Assembly (NCBI GenBank): GCA_002497985.1
Contig: DAFQ01000001.1
Location: 8,600 to 61,721 of the forward strand
From: Euryarchaeota archaeon UBA4
GTDB taxonomy: Archaea; Thermoplasmatota; Poseidoniia; Poseidoniales; Thalassarchaeaceae
Direction: 5' to 3'
Length of the DNA stretch: 53,122 nucleotides
Shown here one piece after another: positions 44,125-51,943 of this stretch. The notes under the pieces were generated by a model. The model made no database searches and was not told the DNA's origin. It saw only the letters and a list, made by a program, of their open reading frames with translations. Both the position numbers and the translations under genes were made by a program. Numbering within the stretch: position 1 is the stretch's first letter; each line of letters starts with the position of its first letter.

Positions 44125-44591
44125 TTGAGTTTCTTGCTCGAAACCCACTCAAGTAGGTCCAACGCCACCTCACATGACTCGGCGACGACTACATCCCTGT
44201 CGTTCTTGAATTCCTCGAGGACGCCAAGAGCGGTTCTGTCACCTATTGCACCTAGGGCCTCAGCAGCCTCATGCCTAACCATGACATCCTCGTCCATATC
44301 CCTCAACCTGTCGATTAAGTGAGGGACGGCACTAGGGTCTTGCATCTGACCCATTACATACGCGATCTCATGTTTGAGCAGAGCTGATTCCGAAGAGAAT
44401 GCAGCAGCCAGGGCCTCTACGGAGTCTCTCCCTCCAATATTCCTCAAAGCAAAAAGTGCCCTCATTCTTTGGAACATCCGCTCATCCTCATCACAGATGC
44501 TGGCCCTCAATCTGGGAACATCCGAATCTTGGCTTGGGGGGGCTGGATCAACAGATTCAAACTCGCTAACTTCGGGTTTATCATCAGTCAT
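44112..44591 (-). CDS. HEAT-repeat protein resembling one half of eukaryotic deoxyhypusine hydroxylase (DOHH)
   Basis: Two His-Glu motifs occur in DOHH-like context, 33 residues apart: SALLKHEIAYVMGQMQD and VMVRHEAAEALGAIGD. SVDPAPP lies near the N-terminus and ESCEVALDLLEW near the C-terminus. The ATG directly follows the mqnD stop (TAG|ATG). Confidence 0.7.
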   Translation of the reverse strand: MTDDKPEVSEFESVDPAPPSQDSDVPRLRASICDEDERMFQRMRALFALRNIGGRDSVEALAAAFSSESALLKHEIAYVMGQMQDPSAVPHLIDRLRDMDEDVMVRHEAAEALGAIGDRTALGVLEEFKNDRDVVVAESCEVALDLLEWVSSKKLNYSE

Positions 44592-45443
44592 CTATTCACC
44601 CGAACCTATGAAATTAATCGAATCGACATCCAGTGTTTCCCTCACCATTCCAATTCTTTGCCCCTCCTTGAGGAATAGGCGTATCGCATCCCTGCCGTCG
44701 TCCCCGTAGTCTAGAGTTCTTTCGTTTACGTACATTCCAACGAACTCCTCATTAGTTTCGTCATCAATGCCCCTTCCCCACTTCTTGGCAAACTCTAGTG
44801 CCGCCCCTGGGTCTGAGAGGGAGTGTTCGATGCTGTTCTTTACATCGTTCGTAAGCATCTCACAAAGGTCCATCCCCAGATCCTTTCTGACTACATTACC
44901 ACCAAGTGGTAGGGGTAATCCTGTTTTATCATTCCACCAAATTCCGAGGTCAAGTACCAAGTAAACCCCCTCTGATTCCCATGTCAATTGACCCTCGTGA
45001 ATTATCAAACCAACATCGTACTCCCCCCTCAATACGGCAGGCAGGATATCATCGAATGGAACGACCTCGACCTCGACCTCGCCCCATGCCAGCCTTAGAG
45101 CCAGATAGGCACTAGTACCTAGTCCCGGAATTGCAATTTTGCTGTTCATCGCCTCTTCTTCTGTCATCACTCTGTTCGTGATTAACATGGGGCCATAGCC
45201 CTCGCCCATTGATGCTCCACAATTCATCAAGTGATACCTGTCAGAGATTTCTGGGAATGAGTGTATACTTACGGCAGAAACTTCGTATTCACCATTCATG
45301 GCGTGCTTGTTCAAAGTCTCAATATCTAACAGGACGTGTTCGTATCTCCTTTCTCCCGTGTCAATTGCCCCTGTAGTCATAGCATGGAACATAAACGCGT
45401 CATCTGGGTCCGGAGAATGGCCTACTCTGAATGCTCCCATCAT
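44592..45443 (-). CDS. mqnD: 1,4-dihydroxy-6-naphthoate synthase MqnD (futalosine pathway)
   Basis: FRVGHSPDPDDAFMFHAM (family pattern SPCPNDTFxF), LDIETLNKHAMNGEYEVSAVS and IAIPGLGTSAYLALRL are present. ATG 45443 is preferred, because the track ORF adds 55 non-homologous codons. Confidence 0.82.
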   Translation of the reverse strand: MMGAFRVGHSPDPDDAFMFHAMTTGAIDTGERRYEHVLLDIETLNKHAMNGEYEVSAVSIHSFPEISDRYHLMNCGASMGEGYGPMLITNRVMTEEEAMNSKIAIPGLGTSAYLALRLAWGEVEVEVVPFDDILPAVLRGEYDVGLIIHEGQLTWESEGVYLVLDLGIWWNDKTGLPLPLGGNVVRKDLGMDLCEMLTNDVKNSIEHSLSDPGAALEFAKKWGRGIDDETNEEFVGMYVNERTLDYGDDGRDAIRLFLKEGQRIGMVRETLDVDSINFIGSGE

Positions 45444-45540
45444 GTCACCTATGTTCCCTCGGTAGAGGACGCATAGAAAATTCCTTGTATGCACAATTAT
45501 CGATGGTAACAGTGAATAGCCAACGCTAGGTCCACGGTTT

Positions 45541-45738
45541 GTGCCTGACCCATCCAAACTGTCCACGGCAACGGGACAGCTAGGTCCAATATGCGCAGTG
45601 ACTGGCAAGGCACTAACATTCTCAGAGGCTATTGTAGTCGATGATCGCTTTGTTTGCTATGAGGCCTACCTGGAGATGACTGGCACTGAATCAGCAACCG
45701 ACTCAAGAGAAGTCCCTACCAGCCTAGTTCTGGAATAG
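45541..45738 (+). CDS. possible small protein with a degenerate YHS/TRASH-like pattern
   Basis: This is a GTG-initiated 65-codon ORF in the largest non-coding gap of the window. GPICAVTGKALTFSEAIVVDDRFVCYEAY loosely resembles the YHS/TRASH layout (DPVCGM...A...G..YFCS..C), but only two of the Cys are retained. I saw no SD. The evidence is weak. Confidence 0.2.
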   Translation: MPDPSKLSTATGQLGPICAVTGKALTFSEAIVVDDRFVCYEAYLEMTGTESATDSREVPTSLVLE

Positions 45739-45777
45739 TATGCGCATGTTCATGTGCCGAACTCCCTCCAATGGCTC

Positions 45778-46956
45778 ATGGCATCCGGATGGAGTAGGTT
45801 CGCTCTGAGATTCAGCGAATACTACCAATCTCTCGATGTTTCAGATTTATGGGCTCCACCAAGACTCAGATCAAGGGAATGGATGTTTATTCCCTGGGGC
45901 AGCAAACCCCCCGACAGGCACAGGGCACTTCCCACTAAGCGAATATTGCTAGACTATCTTCAACAGAGGGGGCCACACTCTTGTTTCCATAGTACTGCTT
46001 ACTATCAGGATCCCAGCCAGAGAAAGATGTCCGATAAAGGGTGGCTTGGTGCGGACCTCATCTTCGATCTTGATGGCGATCATTTGCCCGGGGTATCGGA
46101 TAATGACTTCCCAGGAATGATGGAGAAAATACAGGAGCAGGCATGGAGCCTCTGGGACGACTTCCTTCAACCCGAATTCGGATTCAAAGAAGAGTACGTG
46201 CAGACTTCATTCTCGGGTCACAGGGGATTTCACATACACGTCCGTGATCCCGCATACTTACACTTGGACTCAAATGCGAGAAGAGAATTGGTCAACTACA
46301 TCACTGGCGTGGGAATTGATGTAAAATCAATCATGTCCGGCCCAGATATTGGCTGGTCGGAAAGAATTGACATCGGATTCGAGAAAGTCGTTTCAGATTT
46401 GTTCACGATTTCATCCAACGATGCCGACTCCAATGAGTTGGCTAGAGGGATGGATAGTACCCTGAAATCCAAAGGCATCCCCTCTTCAACAGCTTCCATT
46501 AAGAAATTGGCTACTGAGGCATCGGCTGGAAATAGAATTGAAAGACTAAGGGAGGACAACAGTAGATCAGTTTTCACTAGCAAGAAACTCAACGAGGCGT
46601 TCTGGGAGCTTGTCAAGGGTGCACCCTTAGCAGTGGGAGAAACGGATGAGAATGTCACTGTAGATGTGAAGAGGGTGATTAGATGGATTGGAAGCCTGCA
46701 TGGCAAATCAGGCCTCAGAGTGACCGAGTTCCCTCTTGAACAGCTTCAACCGGGCACATCAAAGACCTTTGACGCATTATCATGTACCCATGTTTTCAAT
46801 ACACACACTTCGAGTAAGGTGGAGCTCACTACAGATGATGTGACAGCGAGAATCGCCGGCCAGGACGTCTCAGGATCTATGGGGGACGTTTTCGATGTTC
46901 ACGAGGCAATGTACACATTTTTGTCACTCAAGGGATGGGCTAGGAGCGTGGAATGA
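45778..46956 (+). CDS. priS: DNA primase small (catalytic) subunit PriS
   Basis: The catalytic LIFDLDGDH (DxD) and SFSGHRGFHIHV motifs of archaeo-eukaryotic primases are present. The ORF opens at GTG 45754 and the first ATG is at 45778. Confidence 0.9.
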   Translation: MASGWSRFALRFSEYYQSLDVSDLWAPPRLRSREWMFIPWGSKPPDRHRALPTKRILLDYLQQRGPHSCFHSTAYYQDPSQRKMSDKGWLGADLIFDLDGDHLPGVSDNDFPGMMEKIQEQAWSLWDDFLQPEFGFKEEYVQTSFSGHRGFHIHVRDPAYLHLDSNARRELVNYITGVGIDVKSIMSGPDIGWSERIDIGFEKVVSDLFTISSNDADSNELARGMDSTLKSKGIPSSTASIKKLATEASAGNRIERLREDNSRSVFTSKKLNEAFWELVKGAPLAVGETDENVTVDVKRVIRWIGSLHGKSGLRVTEFPLEQLQPGTSKTFDALSCTHVFNTHTSSKVELTTDDVTARIAGQDVSGSMGDVFDVHEAMYTFLSLKGWARSVE

Positions 46957-47025
46957 CCGTTACACGCTAACCTATCCACAGAATATTGAATAGTGTAGAG
47001 TTCCGGATTCGGTACGGTGGGGCAT

Positions 47026-47754
47026 ATGCCAGACGATGAAGAATCCGAGGAACAAGCATTCGGTATGCCCCTGCCACCACTTCCACCAGGCATTTCCATG
47101 CCCCCTCCACCGCCACCACCACCACTCCCCGATGATGTGATTGAGTCGGCTATGGGAGAGGGTCCACCCATCCCTTCTCCCCCGGTTGAACCAGAATCAT
47201 CAGAACCTAACGATTTCCAAGCCCACTGGGAGAAAAGGAAGCACGATGATCCAGAACACCAATCAGGAAACAGAGATAGCATGTATGGCCACATTGACAG
47301 GATATCATCTGGCCAGGTTGGGACACTAATAGACCGGTTTTCTGATAGGTTCGGCTCTGAATTAGATAGGGAGATAATTGTTCTAAGGAAGAAGCAGCAA
47401 CAAGAAATGCTGGCGATCAAGCCCATAGTTGAGTTGATTTCCGCCCCTGATTCCGATGACGATGATTTTGAAGAAGATTCAGCTGACGAATTCCCCGAGT
47501 TCTTCTCCATCGTCAACGAGTTACTAGGTAATATGCCAGAGGATTTCGTGCAGAGTTTCATCGAATCCGACTCATTTGAGCTATTCCAGACAGTGGGCGA
47601 GGATCCAGCTAGCTGTGACTCCGAGACAAGGAGCGACTTTTTCGTGATGATAAATTCAGTGCTAGGGGATCTCCCGGAAGAGGAAATCAATGATTTTGTT
47701 GAATCCAGCGGATTCCAGGTGTTTCAAAGAATGAGCGAGCTATACGGAGAGTGA
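47026..47754 (+). CDS. hypothetical acidic protein with a polyproline tract and an internal C-terminal duplication
   Basis: ATG 47026 is preceded by GGTGG 5 nt upstream. LPPLPPGISMPPPPPPPPLP lies near the N-terminus. A conserved-looking central block is present (YGHIDRISSGQVGTLIDRFSDRFGSELDREIIVLRK). Two C-terminal repeats follow (EFFSIVNELLGNMPEDFVQSFIESDSFELFQ / DFFVMINSVLGDLPEEEINDFVESSGFQVFQ). Confidence 0.6.
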   Translation: MPDDEESEEQAFGMPLPPLPPGISMPPPPPPPPLPDDVIESAMGEGPPIPSPPVEPESSEPNDFQAHWEKRKHDDPEHQSGNRDSMYGHIDRISSGQVGTLIDRFSDRFGSELDREIIVLRKKQQQEMLAIKPIVELISAPDSDDDDFEEDSADEFPEFFSIVNELLGNMPEDFVQSFIESDSFELFQTVGEDPASCDSETRSDFFVMINSVLGDLPEEEINDFVESSGFQVFQRMSELYGE

Positions 47755-47758
47755 ATAT

Positions 47759-48562
47759 ATGGGTCTATTGGAGAAGGCAGGAAAGATTGCAGATGATGAA
47801 AAGGAAGAGAAGAAGGCTCCGGCAGCCGTACCTGCAGCTGTAGTTCTTGATACTCCTGAGCCTGTGGCTGCTAAACCCAAAAAGAAGGAGAAGAAGCGCC
47901 GTGCGAAGAAGGAGAAGAAGCCACGCGTAAAGAAGGAGAAGAAGCCAAGATCATCCGTCAAGGAGCTTCCTGATGGTTTTGAACTGGCAGGTCGTGGTAG
48001 AAGTTCTCTCAGGTTCATAGTTGACTTCACTGTAAACTTCGGCCTAATTATTGGGCTGGTAATTTTTGGATTAGTGCTAACATACACAGACATTACGTGG
48101 CCACTAGTCTTGGTCCTAATCCTATCCGTTTTCAATATGGCCGTTATGCCAATCCAGTACAAGAGCTCAATGGGTAATGTAATCTCACGAACCAAGTTCA
48201 TCAACTCTAGGGGAGACTCAGCGATTTTCCTTTATCATATGTTGAAGAATATCAATATCCCTGCTTACCTCATCTTCTTCGGTGGACTGCTGATTGCAAT
48301 TTCCGCTGGTACTGTATGGACTACAGCGACTAAAGTTACTGTGGGATTATCGATTGCCATAATCATAATTCCATTCCTGGATTGGGTGTTTCGCAGAACG
48401 AGGAAGGACAACCTCGGCCTGTGGGAGGTTGCATTCGGCGGTGTTTGGCTTGTCAGATCAACAGAATCATCCAGTGACGGCTCGAAGTTCATGAAGAGAC
48501 TAGAGTCAATGGCCCAGTATGCAGAGACAAAGGGATTCGTTGATGACGAAGACGAGGGATGA
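47759..48562 (+). CDS. RDD-like membrane protein with a lysine-rich repeat N-terminal tail
   Basis: The ATG lies 4 nt after the previous stop. The N-terminal tail is KKKEKKRRAKKEKKPRVKKEKKPR. It is followed by RFIVDFTVNFGL, TM helices and a GNVISRTKFINSRGD loop, reminiscent of RDD-family proteins. Confidence 0.6.
   Translation: MGLLEKAGKIADDEKEEKKAPAAVPAAVVLDTPEPVAAKPKKKEKKRRAKKEKKPRVKKEKKPRSSVKELPDGFELAGRGRSSLRFIVDFTVNFGLIIGLVIFGLVLTYTDITWPLVLVLILSVFNMAVMPIQYKSSMGNVISRTKFINSRGDSAIFLYHMLKNINIPAYLIFFGGLLIAISAGTVWTTATKVTVGLSIAIIIIPFLDWVFRRTRKDNLGLWEVAFGGVWLVRSTESSSDGSKFMKRLESMAQYAETKGFVDDEDEG
47882..47953. repeat. 3 x 24-nt in-frame tandem repeat (AAGAAGGAGAAGAAGC + 8 variable nt)
   Basis: Units lie at 47882-47905, 47906-47929 and 47930-47953. 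They share an identical 16-nt core and encode KKEKKRRA / KKEKKPRV / KKEKKPRS. Confidence 0.9.
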
Positions 48563-49621
48563 TCACTCACTCTCTTCGATTCTCTGCTTGGCCAGCTCTC
48601 TCATATCCTCGTGATGGACTCCGTCATCAATGCCTTCTTGGTCCGACTCGTCAACGATTTCAACACCCAATAGCGTCTCGATGACATCCTCCATTGTAAC
48701 CAGTCCCTCCATTCCCCCAAACTCGTCCTTCACAATTAGAATCTGGGTTTTGTTTTCCAGTAGCATATCTAGGGCGTGATCTACGGAATCGCCATCATTA
48801 CATGCGATTACATCCCTGGATATTTCAGACATTTTCTTGTCGTACTCATCGACAGCAGCCCTCTTGAGAATCTCACTCCTTAGGACAACGCCCTTGACGT
48901 CATCCATAGTTTCACCAGTTACTGGCATCCTGCCGTGAATCATTATTGGAATATTCTCCAGAACATCGGAAACAGTGTCGTTGACATTAACTGATGTGAC
49001 AACAACTCGTGGGGTCATGATGTCACTGACAAGAATCTCCCGTAGCCTGAGTAGGTTGTGAATCACTGTCTCTTCGTCTTCCTCGATTACGTCAGTCTCC
49101 TCAGCTATGTCAGCAAGAACTGACAACTCGTTTCTTGTCACAGTCTCAGTTTCGACATCTGGGAGGAGCGATCTGGTGATCTGGATGGGTTTTACAATAA
49201 TCCACAAAAGGAACATCATCGAACTCATCGCTCTAGCTGAGGGTACAGTCAGCTTTCTCCAGTAAAGAGCGCCGATTGTCTTAGGCAGGATCTCACTCAG
49301 TAGTAGAATCGCCAGAGTCAGGACTGCTGCCGCGATATGCACGATTGTGCCACCGCCAAATTGAGTCTGAACTTCGGCCCCAACACCGAGTGCACCTACA
49401 GTGTGTGCAATGGTATTGAGAGTTAGAATAGCTGTAAGTGGTCTTTCTGGGTCTTCCTTCCATTCACTCCACTTTTCACTTATCGCGGGATGCGTGTCCT
49501 TTAGTGCAGCAATATGGCCATGCGTGGTAGACAAAAGAACCGCCTCAAGAATACTGCATAAGAAGGAGGCCCCTAGTGCCAATGAGGCATAGGCTATGAT
49601 CAATGTATAGTCTACTACCAA
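48563..49621 (-). CDS. CNNM/CorC-HlyC family transporter (DUF21 membrane domain plus CBS pair)
   Basis: The N-terminal DUF21-like TM region is present (LLSEILPKTIGALYW). It is followed by the CBS pair (VSDIMTPRVVVTSV..., MEGLVTMEDVIETLLG). I saw no obvious CorC_HlyC C-terminal domain. Confidence 0.85.
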   Translation of the reverse strand: MVVDYTLIIAYASLALGASFLCSILEAVLLSTTHGHIAALKDTHPAISEKWSEWKEDPERPLTAILTLNTIAHTVGALGVGAEVQTQFGGGTIVHIAAAVLTLAILLLSEILPKTIGALYWRKLTVPSARAMSSMMFLLWIIVKPIQITRSLLPDVETETVTRNELSVLADIAEETDVIEEDEETVIHNLLRLREILVSDIMTPRVVVTSVNVNDTVSDVLENIPIMIHGRMPVTGETMDDVKGVVLRSEILKRAAVDEYDKKMSEISRDVIACNDGDSVDHALDMLLENKTQILIVKDEFGGMEGLVTMEDVIETLLGVEIVDESDQEGIDDGVHHEDMRELAKQRIEESE

Positions 49622-49675
49622 CTAGTTTGCCTCACAGTATTTTGGGCGCGAATAGAACGTCACTGTGCGTCACGA

Positions 49676-51943
49676 ATGGCTGCTCCCGGAGTACTTACGA
49701 CCGATTGCGACATAAATAGGTGTCTGACCGCTAGAGTCGTGCCCGAGCCTAGTTATGTCACTATTTTCATGGCTTGGCCGTACGTCAATGCCCCATTACA
49801 CCTAGGCCACGTTGCAGGTAACTGCTTGCCAGCAGACATTCAATACAGGTATGAGAGGGCCAGGGGCAGGAAGGTTCTGATGTGCAGTGGCTCGGATGAG
49901 CATGGTACACCAATTACCCTAACTGCAGAACAGCTTGGAGTCACGCCACAGGAGGTTGTTGACGAATATCATGAGATGGCTCTGAAGTCTCTAACTGATC
50001 TTGGCTGCTCTTGGCATATTAACGTAGATTCCAGAGGGGTTGAATATGGTGGAGCCCTATACAACAGAACCTCTGACCATAGGCACAAGGAACTTGTCAG
50101 GGAGGTGTTCTCAAACCTGCTCGCAAGCAACATGCTTACCAAGCAGACAATGGAGCAATACTGCTCCATATCTGGGGATTCGGTCAGATTCCTTCCTGAT
50201 CGGTACGTCGAAGGAACATGCCCCGTTTGTGGCGCTGCAGAGGCAAGGGGGGACCAGTGCGATGAGTGTGGCTCAACATATGAGGCACACGAGCTCCTAA
50301 ATCCCGTATCAAAACTCAATCCGGATGCAGAAATTGAGGTTAGGGAAACCGACCATCTATTCTACAGGCTAGATCTATTCCAGGAAAGCCTCGAAGAACA
50401 CGCTGCAACGAGGAATGTTGTATGGAAGCCAAATGTACGCTCTATGACGAAGAATTGGCTTGATATGGGCCTGCGTCCAAGAGCTGTGACAAGGGATATT
50501 GATTGGGGAATAGAGCTACCTCTCGATGGCGATGAGTGGTCATCAAAGAGGGTTTATGTGTGGTTCGAAGCTGTTCAAGGCTACTATACATGCGCAAGAA
50601 TATGGTCTGAACGCTTCGCCAATTCGAACGGCCACCCAGACGGAGACTCCGCATGGGAAAACTGGTGGAAGGTATCCGATGACGGAACGATCCCCAAGCA
50701 CATCTACTTCATGGGCAAGGACAACATCCCATTCCATACGGTAATTTGGCCTGCGATTATTATGGGGATGAACTCAACAGCATCAGGGAATCCAGTCTCA
50801 TCTATCCCAGCACCCGGCGATCTAGCACTGGAGTATAATGTATCATCGAATGAATATTTGATGCTCCAAGGGGGTCAATTTAGCAAGAGTCGTAAACATG
50901 CCGTCTGGCTGCCATCCTTCCTCGAGAAATATGATGCAGACTCATTGAGATACTATCTCTCGATAAACATGCCAGAGACACATGACACCGATTTCAGGTG
51001 GAATGAATTCGTTGACCGTGTTAACAACGAATTGATTGGCACCTATGGAAACTTCGTTCACAGGGTGATGACCCTCACCCATAGATTGCCCGAATCAGGA
51101 TCCAATCCCCTGGTGGATTATGATGATCCTGAATTCCACGCAGATATTATTGACGAGTCGATGAAGATTCTTGAGTCCGCAATTTCGTCAATGGAGAGGC
51201 AGAGGTTCAAGGAGGCCCTGAGATCAATTATGGGCATTGCACAAATAGGTAATGTGCTGCTTCAAAATGCAGCACCGTGGAAGTACATCAACTCTGATGA
51301 TTCTGAAGAACGACGCGAGTCATTATCTTCCTTAGCTATGGCATGGAGGTTATGCAGGACTCTTTCAGTTCTCACAAGGCCATTCATGCCATTCCAGTCC
51401 GATAGGCTATGGGGGATGTTGGGGGAGGACTCGGACATCGACTCCGTACTATGGGACGAGTCGTTAGCTACCGATAATGCCCTAAATTGGTGCCCCGACT
51501 CGCCACAACCGCTGTTTTCAAGGCTTGATTTGGATGAAATTATTGCCGATGAGATGTCCCTTGTTGAAGACGGTAATATCAATGACCCCGACCACTCCCC
51601 GGGAGATGGAGCTGATTACATAGAGTTCGAAGATTTTCTCAAGGTCCAGATGAAGACAGGCAAGATTACTTCCGTAGATGATCATCCCAATGCAGACAAA
51701 CTACTGGTGATCAAGATTGAGGATGGCCCAGGAACAACACGTACGGTATGTGCTGGCCTAAAGGGAATTTATGATGAGTCGGACTTGCTTGGGTTAAACG
51801 TTGTCTATGTCGCAAACCTAGAGCCCAGAAAGCTCAGAGGAGTCCTCTCTGAAGGTATGATACTAGCCGCAGATGACGGTGATGGTATCGTCAGGCTCCT
51901 CACACCCGATGGCGAAATCACTCCAGGCTCTACGGTTCGCTGA
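49676..51943 (+). CDS. metG: methionine--tRNA ligase with a C-terminal tRNA-binding (Trbp111/EMAP-like) domain
   Basis: The HIGH motif (PYVNAPLHLGH), a zinc knuckle (CPVCGAAEARGDQCDECG) and the KMSKS motif (QFSKSRKH) are present. The C-terminal OB-fold is FLKVQMKTGKITSVDDHPNADKLLVIKIEDG. The N-terminus may be shorter, with a GTG about 20 codons in. Confidence 0.95.
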   Translation: MAAPGVLTTDCDINRCLTARVVPEPSYVTIFMAWPYVNAPLHLGHVAGNCLPADIQYRYERARGRKVLMCSGSDEHGTPITLTAEQLGVTPQEVVDEYHEMALKSLTDLGCSWHINVDSRGVEYGGALYNRTSDHRHKELVREVFSNLLASNMLTKQTMEQYCSISGDSVRFLPDRYVEGTCPVCGAAEARGDQCDECGSTYEAHELLNPVSKLNPDAEIEVRETDHLFYRLDLFQESLEEHAATRNVVWKPNVRSMTKNWLDMGLRPRAVTRDIDWGIELPLDGDEWSSKRVYVWFEAVQGYYTCARIWSERFANSNGHPDGDSAWENWWKVSDDGTIPKHIYFMGKDNIPFHTVIWPAIIMGMNSTASGNPVSSIPAPGDLALEYNVSSNEYLMLQGGQFSKSRKHAVWLPSFLEKYDADSLRYYLSINMPETHDTDFRWNEFVDRVNNELIGTYGNFVHRVMTLTHRLPESGSNPLVDYDDPEFHADIIDESMKILESAISSMERQRFKEALRSIMGIAQIGNVLLQNAAPWKYINSDDSEERRESLSSLAMAWRLCRTLSVLTRPFMPFQSDRLWGMLGEDSDIDSVLWDESLATDNALNWCPDSPQPLFSRLDLDEIIADEMSLVEDGNINDPDHSPGDGADYIEFEDFLKVQMKTGKITSVDDHPNADKLLVIKIEDGPGTTRTVCAGLKGIYDESDLLGLNVVYVANLEPRKLRGVLSEGMILAADDGDGIVRLLTPDGEITPGSTVR

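Noticed and set aside
45062-45079. A (CGACCT)x3 hexanucleotide tandem repeat.
   Set aside because: It lies inside mqnD and simply encodes EVEVEV on the minus strand. It is too short to be a meaningful repeat element.
45444-45608. A 55-codon N-terminal extension of the mqnD ORF. Analogous upstream extensions occur for Dph6 (19458-19517), SBDS (20192-20320), IPK (33633-33701), thiolase (34719-34772) and NUDIX (25356-25430).
   Set aside because: Family-typical N-termini begin at internal ATGs. The extensions overlap neighbouring genes or lack similarity to the family.
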